From assembly GCA_965112735.1 (NCBI GenBank), contig OZ218959.1, positions 2,542,001-2,606,000 on the forward strand: 64,000 nt of DNA, given 5' to 3'. The notes under the pieces were generated by a model that saw only the letters and a program-made list of their open reading frames with translations, did no database searches and was not told the DNA's origin. Source of the DNA: Phaeosaccion multiseriatum. Its lineage: Eukaryota; Protista; Ochrophyta, other classes. The translations under genes were made by a program, and so were the position numbers. Numbering within the stretch: position 1 is the stretch's first letter; each line of letters starts with the position of its first letter. Below are positions 26,257 to 36,456 of this stretch, piece after piece.

Positions 26257-28502
26257 TCACGTCTCCTCCTTCGAAGAGGACCGGGGAGAGCCTGGTGGGG
26301 TGCCTCCCGCGAACCCGTGTACTACGTTGGAGAAAGCCTCCCTCAAAAATACAAAGGGGCCGGTAATAACCTTCCATAGGACGTTGCCGATGGATTCACG
26401 CCAGCTGCGCTCCTGCCCGCCGTCGCTCCCCGTGTTACACTCTGCCACTCGGATGAGAAGCATAATAACGCTGAAAACTGTGTGACTGACAGCGGCGGCT
26501 GCTGACATGGACATAGAGCCCATAGCGAGCGCAGGCAAAGGGCCCGGCCAGGAGAAGGAGATGGAGAAGTCCAGGTCCACCAAATTGAAATTGCTGAGGG
26601 CTCTTGTCATGGCCGTTTTGTAAGAAATACCACCAAAGTAATAGGGACCCAGGCTCACAGCAGCCAAAGAGAAGAGGAAAACCATGCTCAAAAACGCGCA
26701 TTTCAGAGCAGCGATGGAATTGAAATACGCGTCTGACGGCATTAGGTTGTTCACACACCGACGCGTGCAATCCAATACCAAGTAGAGGCACGCAAACCCG
26801 AAGAAGGCCAGGAGGGTTAGGGGGAGGAACACCACACAGATCAGGGGGAGGACGTAGACAAAGACGGGAACAAAGGCGATGTAGACCATGTAGTGCCCGA
26901 GGTCGAGGATGCGGTAGAGAGACCAGACTTCTTCGGCCATCACTGCTTTAACACTCACATTCCATCCGTATGCGTGACGAATCAGAAACGCCCAGTCCGC
27001 TGATTATTTTCATGAGTAGGGAGGATACGGTATGCAAGAGAAGGCAAAGAATGAAGCAAGGACAGACAGACAGACAGACAGACAGGATGGGGTGTTTGTC
27101 CTTTGTTCAGCCGTGTGTTTGTGCGCTTGCTTCGCTTTGCTTCGCTTTGCTTCGCTGCACGGCTCAGTACTTGCTTTCCTCCACTCTCTCTCTCTCCCCC
27201 TCTCTCCCTCTTGCACCGTTCCCAGTCCTCTCACCTGCCATCACAGTCAGCGTCCCGAGGGGGATGGCAAAGGATTTGTAGAAGGGTAGCGCCGCATACA
27301 GAGCCCACCCACACGCCACGCGATTGTCGCTGTCCTTCGAAACCTTGTCCACGAACGTTACGCAGTAGTCGATGAAAGCAAAGTACAGAGCAAAGACGTT
27401 CAAAAAAGCGAACACCGTCAACCAAAACTGGTCGTTGTCAGACGACCACTTGTCAAAGTCCGTCCTTCTGTTTTCCTCCTTTCCCACGACGGCACGTGCT
27501 TTGGCTGTGCACGAAGGTGTCCGCATCATCGCAGTTGCTAATATCATGAGGCTGTAATCCTCGCTATTCTTAGGATACCATGCTTTCAGGGCTGCCATGC
27601 CTAATATGTTCACCATGGTGTACCCTACGATAACGAGCAGGACAGCATCAATACCCAGAAAGGCGGATTCGGGAAGAAATTGAAGGTGCTCCTCACTGCT
27701 TCCGTCTTCCTCCCCTCCACACTGCCGCTCAATCTCAGAGAACACGTTTATAGCGGTAGTGCTGGTCGCTGCTGTTGTTGTTGGTGCCGGTGTCCCTGTA
27801 AGCGCTGGAGCTGCCGTTACTGTTTCTGCAGTTGGAGCTGCTGTCACTGTTCCTGCAGTTGGTGCTGCTGTTGGTGTCTCAGTTGGTCGTGAGGGTGCTG
27901 CTGTTGGTGTCTCAGTTGGTCGTGAGGGTGCAGGGGTGGGGAGGGACGGGTACACCACCGTTATATCAAAGTACACGTAGTTGCCGTCCATCCCACAGTA
28001 ATAGGAGTTAGTCCCAGCATCAAGGGGAGGACTGCCTCCGCACTGCGCCAGGGTAGTGTCGTAGCCATCATAGCGGCCGTCGTAGAATGTTAGCCTGTAA
28101 GAAGTGCCATCGTTGCACGCTGGGGAATGTGTGGATACGCACGCCAATAAGCACGAGAGGAAAGTGGGGATGGGCGCGCGGGAGGGGGGGGGGCGTGTAA
28201 GTGAGGGGAAGGGGTTAAAAAAGCAAGGGAGGAAGTGAGTACAAGATGAGACGACACTGACACTGACCTTGGTAAATATCGAAGTCTTCGTACCACTCTG
28301 GGGAGCTATCGCCCGCGAGAGGGGTTGTATCGTACCAATAGCCACTCCAGAGTATCTGCACATACGCGTAATCCGAAACGTAGCCACTGCCCACCACGCC
28401 ACTTTTGATAGTGAGCGTCAGGTCACAGTCGGTCGCACCAACAAAGCTATGACGGCTGAAGAGCAACGAGACCAATAGCGTGGGACTACGAAGACACCAC
28501 AT
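26257..28502 (-). CDS. Signal peptide + C2-like domain + Pro/Thr stalk + multi-TM membrane protein (3 exons)
   Basis: Exons about 28502-28268, 28119-27235 and ~26945-26257 splice in frame; PTETPTAAP repeats; several hydrophobic helices. Confidence 0.65.
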
Positions 28503-28560
28503 TTCATCTGCCTCTCCTGGTGTACATGTAGCTCGGCAGGCAGAGGAGAGGGGAAGTCCC

Positions 28561-28860
28561 AAACCCCCCTTCTCCTGCTTGCCGAAACCCCCATGGCAGG
28601 TACGGCCGTGGGAAACCCCCTTCTCCTGCTTGCCGAAACCCTCGTGGCAGGTACGGCCATCTTACATCTAAGAACCCCCCACCTTGCCGAAACCGATCCG
28701 AAACCCCCATGGTGGTTGGTGATTCGACGTCGCCATCTGAGACCTTTGGGAGAGGCGCATTTTTACCATGTCGAGGAGTCCGTACCCACGATTTTCCACG
28801 TCGAACCGATCTCGAACCACGATTTTTCCATGTCCGTACCCACGACTTTTCCCACGTTGT
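28561..28860. repeat. Two clusters of short direct repeats upstream of the transposase (possible subterminal repeats)
   Basis: 52-bp unit AAACCCCCTTCTCCTGCTTGCCGAAACCC..GGCAGGTACGGCC, 2 copies plus a partial; then GTCCGTACCCACGA / TTTTCCACGT repeats. Confidence 0.8.
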
Positions 28861-29005
28861 CAGTGTTTTCCCCCTCCACTAAAGAGGATCAACGCTTCTT
28901 AAGCAAACGTAGCTGCTACATTCCAGCAGCAGTAATGGACTAAGTATTACTCATGGCAGGCAGGTGGCAAGGTTGGTAGTAGCAGCAGCAGTTTTACAAG
29001 CAAAG

Positions 29006-30932
29006 ATGGTTTTTGTCCCGCCCAACAGCAGCAGCAGCAGAGACAAAATGGAGGAGAATGAAGAAGCTGTAGCGGAGCAGCACATAATGGTGGAACAGCA
29101 CCACCTATGTGACAGTCCTGAGGAGATATCCGGCGCACAGGGCTCTGAGAATATCAGTGGAAAGGCCGCAGGAGCCCAAGACGACGATGACGACGATGAC
29201 ATGGAGTGTTGGGACGAAGACATGTGGAGGCAAGCTGGTACGTTGGCAGATGAAGCCGCTGCGGCGGTACAGCCAGCAATCGCTTCGAAACCGGGCCCTC
29301 AAGCGGTAGTGGAAACTGAGCTTGCGAGAATCGCCAGAGAACAGGAGGAGAGGCGGAAACAATTGCAGGCAGCAATGCAGGACTTGAGCAACCAGAAGGC
29401 GGACATAGAAGCTGCTTACAAAGATCGTGGAGGACGAGGCCGGCACACGAAGGAAGAAACCGAGAAGCTGCGGTTGATTGGTGCAGCAATGAAAGGAATT
29501 GAAGAGGATTTGCTGCTCCCAGCGGAGCAGGAAGAGAAGCGAAAGAAGGAGATGGAGGACAGGACGAAGAAGGGCTGTGACATGTCTTCGAGCGCAGACA
29601 GGGTAGATGGTGCAAGTGGTGACCACTTCGTAGGGTTTTCTTCGCCGCCCCTTGGTCGCACGTCTAAGCGGTACGTTCTCGAGTATCGCCTCTTCCATCT
29701 TCATGCCTACTCTCGCCCCCCCCCCCCCCCCCCATGCCCAACCCGCCCACTCTCGGGCCGCCCCTTCTGTACCTGCCTGACCACAATTCTTCCCTCTGTT
29801 GTTCTCGCCCCCATTGTTCGTCTTTTTTGGTGCTGACAGGGGTGAAAGAGATGAGGATGAGGACGAGGAGGATGGAAATACAGGCGAGGAGGGGGGCGGT
29901 GATGGAGGGGGAGGGTTTGGGAAGAAGAATAGACCACCAGCGCAGATTGAGTTTATCAAGGAAGCACTCGAGGCGGCAAAGGATCCAAAGAAAGGGCTGT
30001 CTACTTGGCAATCTCCCTACTTCAGGGCAGCAACACCAAGCCGCCAGTCTGAAGCGGGAGGGTACGCCAAAAGTGACGTCTTTGTCTGGGCCCCCCACCT
30101 CTTCCACGACCTTGGAGATTCCTTCCGCCAGCCTCCTTGCCCATGGTGTACATCGTCAGAGTGTGTGCAATCTTATGGTTGGACGTCGGCGCAGCGGGCT
30201 GTGTATGTCACCAGCCTGGAAGAGGACTTTTTCATGGTGGGGACAAGGCATCGGTGTACAGTGCGATTGGACGAGAAGAAACGGATGAAAGCGGAGTACA
30301 TCGAGGCAGAGAAGAAGAAGGAAACATCAGAAGAGCAGGTTTGTGTGCTTCTGTTGTGTCTCATTTGCGCTACTCTCTGGGGTTCTGGATGAAGACGCCT
30401 TGCCTCACTTCTTCCCTTCTCCCTTCCTCATTTTGCCCTCCTTCCTTGTCCCCATCCCCGTCCAGCTTGCCGCTCAGAAGAAAGCCGTAAGCGGGTACTC
30501 GTGCTCCTTCTACTCCTACGACCCGCGCGTGACCGCTGCGCTCAAGGAGAACTTGTGCCTCCGGTGGGTGACTGCAGAGCTGCCCGTAGAGGTTGGACCA
30601 GGCAACACGGCCCTTACAACCTCAGCGGCCCTGCTTCTCGTGCGGAACGGTACATCAACTGGCAGCATCGGTGACGTAGAGAAAATGATGAAGGAAGTGA
30701 AGTCGCATTCCCTGAGCCGAAAGCAGCTACAGTTTCTAGGGTCTGCCGCGTTCTATCCTCCAGGGGGTCGACTCAAGCGACGTGGTGAGGCCAAGGGGCC
30801 GAAGCAGAGCCACAAAAGCAAGGGCAGGGCGCAGGGCAATAGGGGAGCGTCGAGCACACTCGATGGTTGGGTACGCGACGGCAGCAACGCGGGGCAGAGG
30901 CAGCACCAGCGGGGGGCAGCAGCAGCAGGCGT

Positions 30933-30967
<35 letters not shown>

Positions 30968-33900
30968 CGGGGCAGCAGCAGCAGCAGCAACCGCAGCCAC
31001 CGCAACAACAGTCCATAACTGCGGACAGTCTGGGCATGTATGTCCCAGGCTTTGGAGCATTGCGCAGGTTTTTACTGGACAGGTGTGCGCGAGGAAAGGA
31101 GCGGCAGCTGCTCTACAGGCAACAGATGATCTGGGGGCGCATGCTGCAGGTGAGGAGCAAGAAGGGCTTATCATTATCGTAGCTAGCGTCAGAGGATGCC
31201 ACCTGCTGGTGTATCCCATCACTGAGGCCTTCACTCTTGCGTGCCCTTACCGTATTGGCCACTCTTCTGCGCCCTCTATTGCCGTGTCCTTGCCGGTGCT
31301 CAGCTGGACCACTCGTTCAAGGTGTTCAAGTCCCTCGAGTTCGAGAAGGTGCTGTACGGCAACGTCCGACTTACCATCTTCTCTGCAGAGCTGAATGCTC
31401 CAATTCTAAGCTTGAACGTCAACTCGGGGAGCTACAATGACCCAGCATGCAAGAAAGCTCTTGAGGCGTTTCGCAAGGTGGCAGAGGGTCGTCCCAAAGT
31501 TGAGGTGGCCACTATTGACAACATGCGGGATGCTCACTTGCTGAGGGACTGCCTGCCCTTCGGGGACACTGACGCTCTTCCCGCCAATGCTCTTGAAGTC
31601 ATCAACTTTGAGGCACAGGGGGGGCAAACCATGCTTGTGGACACTGTCGAGCAGGTTGACGAGGCAGTTCGCGCTTTGATTGACGATGCACAGCGCGTGT
31701 TAGTCGAGGGCCGGCAGCTCTTCCTTGGTTTTGATCGTGAGGCATACGCTCCTCTGCAGAGGGGTGTGTCCACTGACAAGACAAGCGTGCTCCAGCTGTG
31801 CTCGAGCGACAATCTCTGCGTCCTGTTCTCCCTCAAGAAGTTGGGAGGCGTGCCCAGCTTGCTCACCCGCGAGATTCTGAGCCGGGGGGACATTGTGAAG
31901 GTAAGCTTTTCCTGGGGAGAATGGGTGTTTGCTGCTCTGTGTTGTACTCGCTGCTCTGCTGCTCGATTTCTATGTCGCTCTGCTGCTCTGTTGCTCGGCC
32001 CCTCCCTGCATTGCTGCTCTGCTGCCGGTGATGTGGTGAAGAGGGGCTGAGACTTTGCCTTCTGCCTTTCTTGGCCCTTATATTCCCACCGCCGTGGCCT
32101 TGACGGATCAACATCCCATTTGCTTCTTTCCCCTTCATCGTTGCCCTTGTCTTTACTGAAGGGTGCTGCAAACGTCAAGGGGGATGTTACTGTCTTGAAG
32201 AAGGAGTTTGATGTGGACGTAAAAGGCGCAGTTGACATAGTTGTCGAAGCGCGCAACTCTCTCCAGCTCACGCAGGGGCAGGGAAGCCACAGACTCGATG
32301 ACATGGTTGCTCTAGTTACGAAGAAGCGTCTGGACAAGAGCATTGGGGGAGAGGCTGATGGTAACGTGTTGAGGCTTGGGAATGGGGCGTTGTCTGACTG
32401 GCGCCGCTGGCCACTTCACAAGGCTCAGGCTTGTTACGCCGCGAATGACGCCTATGCAAGCTGGCTCCTGCTGTACACGATCTGGACGAAGAAGGAAGGG
32501 GGCACAGCCGCGAGTGGAGAGGAAGTGCCTGCGGAGGGACAGCACGATGAAGGCAAGGAGCAGATCGAAGATGGAGAGCGCCTAGGAGGTGGAGCACAGA
32601 AAAAGACCAGCGACGCGAGAGAAGAGGGGGGAGAAGGCGTGGATGGATGTGAATGGGAGGATACTGAGGAGACTCGAGAACAGGCTGCTGAGGCCCGGCG
32701 TGTGTGCGAAGACCCGGAGGAGGGGGGAGACAGCGACGATGAGGACGAAGGAGAAGAGCAAGAAGGGGCGGGGGCGAGCCGCTCTGGAGAGGGAGGCGGG
32801 GAGGGGGAGCACGCCAACATTTTGGAGCAAGAAGGCGAGGGATCGACCGAGGAGCCGATGAGTGATACGTACGCGACGAGAGCATTGGCCTTTGTCGACG
32901 TGTATGCAGGAGCTTCTGAGTGGGTCGAGCCCCTGCTTCTGCCAATGGGTCTCACGAAGAGGGCGCGAGCGGCCGTGTACAAGAGAGCTGAGGAGCTGGG
33001 GCTGACGCACAAGACTGTGGGAAGCGGTGGGGAGGCATCGATACTGATCAGTAAGAGGAAGGGCTACCGCTGCCCTGCCCAGCACACTGACGCTGCTTGT
33101 GGGAAAGAGAGCGAGGCCAGTGGCGGTGAGGGGGAAGGGGACGCCTGGAAGGGTGTGCGAGTGGAGTACGACATCTATCACTGGATGGCAAGGTGAGCAG
33201 CGAGATGGCACTGAAGGGGGGAAAGGGGGGGGGGGGGGGAGGGGAAGAGGGTAGAAGTACAGCTCACTGACTTGCTCGCTTTGGATTTGATTCGTTTTGC
33301 CGTCTCCCTTTTTGGCAGATTTTTCCTTATGGCCCACTCCAAGGACTCGCGCTTGTACCGATTCTTCGCTATTGCCTTGAGTGATGCAGTGTTTGTCATG
33401 ATGGCCGGTGAGATGGAGAGGATACGGAAGCACCTGCTCAAACGAGGGCTCACTGGGGCACAGGTCAAGCGCATTCGGAGAAAGTTCTTGAGGAAGCACT
33501 GCCGCTATACCATCCCCTCTCCCAAGGTGTGTAGCTCGGGTCGCAGTGCTTGCAGAAGTGCCTGATCTGCTCACTTACATGTCCAGTCGAGTTAGAGTAC
33601 CTTGACTCATTTTGGCCTTGTCTTCATCCTACTTTGTATTTTCAATAGGTCTTGGCGCAGCGGGTCACCATGGTCTACTCGTTCTTCAAAGACGTGAAGG
33701 AGCCCTCAACCGGCCTACCCTTCTTCAACAGTAAGCACGCCGCCATCTTCAAGACTGCTATGAGCTACATCATGGCCGGGAGGCTTTCGGACAGGCCGGG
33801 AGTGGAGATGTATGTGTATCTGCGGACGACCAAGACTGGCTTGGCGATTTTCCGCTGCTTGCGCCAGAGCTCTGCGCTGGAGGGGTACCACCTTCACTTG

Positions 33901-35136
33901 AGGCTTGTGCTGTCTGCTCTGTCCAAGAGGGCAAGCGCGGAGCTGGTGGACGCCATAGTCAACGAGTTTGACTTTCGCTTCTCCATGAACGCTCTCCGCA
34001 AGCTCGGCAGATTCCCCTCTGATGTGTTCCACTACGACCTCGAGCTGCTTGAGCAAGTCGCAGCCTCGCTTGGCCGCCTGGGACTCCAAGTTCCAAAGGG
34101 GATGCAGGAGGGGTACACAGTACTTGATCGTTCTGCACCCCTTGTGCTTCAACAAGGCATGCACTACGCGTGGGAGGCGCAAAGGGAGGCATGCGAGGTG
34201 CAGAGCTCGGACGTCGCAGTAGCGAGTACCACCACTGCATCACCAGCGCAGCTGCCGACCTCGCCTGTGTTCGAGTCTCTTGTGACAACGGGAGGTGCTG
34301 CTGGTCAAGTGCAGGAGGTGGCGGCGGGCACATCCAGGGGAGGTGAGTTTCTGGCAGCTCGTCTGGGGAGACAAGGGGAGCGGCTTCGAGGAACTCAGAA
34401 GCTCACAAAAGAGGAATTGGTGGCCTTGATGCGCGCGTCGATTCCTGAAGTGGGGGATCGCTTCAAGGCAGATGCGGGCGGCTCTCTGGCCACCCTTGCC
34501 GCTCGCATGGGAGTGTTTCTTATACCATCCACTGCAGAGGCTTACTTGCAGTCTATCTTCCACGCAGAACTCGCGTACAACGAGCTCAGGAGCGGCGCCT
34601 TCTTCGAGAGTGTCCAGCGGCCCCTTAGGAGGGAAGTGGGCCCATCTGCAGCCGCCGCGGGAAGTGTGGACAAGGCGTGGGTGCAGGAGCTTCTGCCCAG
34701 TGCACAGACTCTCTCGGCATCACAAGGGGAATACGACGCCATCGAGGGGCAAGAGCGAGCAGAGAATCATGCTCCAGCTGCGGGGGAGGGTGGAGACCAC
34801 TTTGGCGAGGACTACTTTGGCGGAGATGCTACGCAGGACACAACGTCTGCCACAGCAGGAGGCGGAGGAGGAGGAGGCGGGGGGGGGGGGGAGAAGGAGG
34901 AGAATCAGCTGTGGGAGGAGGAGGAGGAGGAGGAGGAGGAGGAGGAGGAGGAGGAGGAGGAGGAGGAGGAGGAGGAGGAGGAGGAGGAGGAGGAGGAGGA
35001 GGAGGAGGAGGAGGAGGAGGAGGAGGAGGAGGAGGAGGAGGAGGAGGAGGAGGAGGAGGAGGAGGAGGAGGAGGAGGAGGAGGAGGAGGAGGAGGAGGAG
35101 GAGGAGGAGGAGGAGGAGGAGGAGGAGGAGCAGTAG
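29006..35136 (+). mobile_element. Zisupton/KDZ-type transposase gene with inserted DEDDy 3'-5' exonuclease and R3H-like domain (7 exons; may extend to 35420)
   Basis: VFVWAP..CPWC..RHRC; LQ|LDHSFK; TIDN; YDIYHWMAR|FF; FRCLRQSSALEGYHLHL. Exons 29006-29670, 29840-30338, 30466-31149, 31304-31900, 32162-33192, 33319-33526, 33649-35136, all joined by in-frame GT-AG introns. Confidence 0.8.
34915..35130 (+). repeat. Perfect (GAG)72 tract inside the transposase last exon
   Basis: 216 bp uninterrupted. Confidence 0.95.
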
Positions 35137-35636
35137 CAGCAGCAGCAGCAGGACCAGCACAGGCAGCAGCAGCCGCAGCACTCTGGCCGGCAGCGGGAGG
35201 ATCAGGGGCAGGAGCAGCTATAGCGCCTGTAGAGGCTGCTGCTGCAGAGGGTGGTGTCGGGGAAGGTGAGAGTGCCCACGAGAGGCGGCAACGGAAGAAG
35301 AGGGAGGCCGCGAGAAGGAGAAGAAGAGACGCAGGCGAGGAGGGAAGGGAGAAGGCAAGGGTCCAGAAAAGGGCAGCGCGGGAAAGGCAGAGATTACGCC
35401 AGGCTCAGCACGGCCCTTGAGGGTGAACTGCACCTATCCGTGTACATAATTTGTATATACAACGCATTGGTCTTCTTCAGTTGCCTCTACTCTCTCGCGC
35501 ACGCTTCGTGGAGCATGTAGAGGTTGATCAGAGAGGGGGTGGCGCCGCAGGCCGGGAAAGTTTATAATTTCTTTTTTTTCTCCCTTTTTGGGCCGGCGCT
35601 CGACGGTATAAAAGTGAGCCGGATTTTCCCGCTCAT

Positions 35637-35922
35637 CGGCTCCAGGCGAGGTTTCTCGGGCCCCCGATAAAGCAGAAGCCTGCGGCGGCCTGCGGCGGCC
35701 TGCGGCCGAAAGTAAGAAGCCTGCGGCTGGCCTGCGGCCAGAAGCCTGCAGAAAGTAGCGAAAAGCCTGCCAAGTCCCCCATTTTTCTCCCAGCCTGCGA
35801 AGCCTGAAGCCTGACCACTGGCCTGCGGCCAGAAGCCTGCGCTGGCCTGCGGCCAGAAGCCCGAAGCCTGGAGGGGGCTACGGCCCAGAAGCCTAAAGCC
35901 CGAGAAACCTCGCCTGGAGCCG
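35637..35922. mobile_element. MITE with 25-bp TIRs and an 8-bp TSD (7/8 match)
   Basis: TIR CGGCTCCAGGCGAGGTTTCTCGGGC and its perfect reverse complement at 35898-35922; flanks CCGCTCAT / ACGCTCAT; internal (AGAA)GCCTGCGGC repeats. Confidence 0.85.
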
Positions 35923-36117
35923 ACGCTCATTCTAAAAAGTATCAACTTTGTTCCAATGGGGAGAACTGATGAGTCAGAGGGACACGACCTCGAGGGCTAA
36001 GTTCCCCGGGGCGGTGAGACATTACTTTTAGACAACCATAGATGGCACTTAAGGGTGTAATATATATTAATCATTCTAATTGTATGCAAGGGTACTTAAG
36101 AAAACGACGTCGTTTAA

Positions 36118-36245
36118 GCCACCACCCCTGGATTGGCCGATTTTGCCTCCTCCTGTACCTCCTTCATTCTCTGCCTGCCTTGCCTTTTTGAGTTCAACGT
36201 TGAGGTTGTCCTTACCGTAGACCGTAGAGGGCCCCTTCCAGTTTG
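36118..36245 (-). pseudogene. Degenerate duplicate of part of the neighbouring gene's last exon
   Basis: Matches ~36632-36748 with substitutions and small indels. Confidence 0.8.
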
Positions 36246-36456
36246 CACACGGGCTATATGGCTCTCCCTGCGGCGCATGGCTAAAAAAGCAAAAATAGGT
36301 TATACGAAATCTTACGAAATCCACGCTTCGACTCAGAAACATCAGGCCAGGGATGGTAGCCAATAGGTGCCGTGGGGCCGAAACCTAATGACATAGGTCA
36401 GGCACGACCTCTCTTCGCCCCTCCACCCATCTCCACTCTCTACTTTGTGTATCCTT

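Noticed and set aside
31720-32480. Stand-alone WRN/EXD2 host exonuclease gene
   Set aside because: It is in frame between transposase motifs on both sides
28520-35447. GTGTACAT direct repeat at 28520-28527 and 35440-35447 as TSD of the Zisupton element
   Set aside because: No convincing TIR inside it, and the right copy is only ~20 bp after the possible stop; could be chance. Element ends remain undefined.
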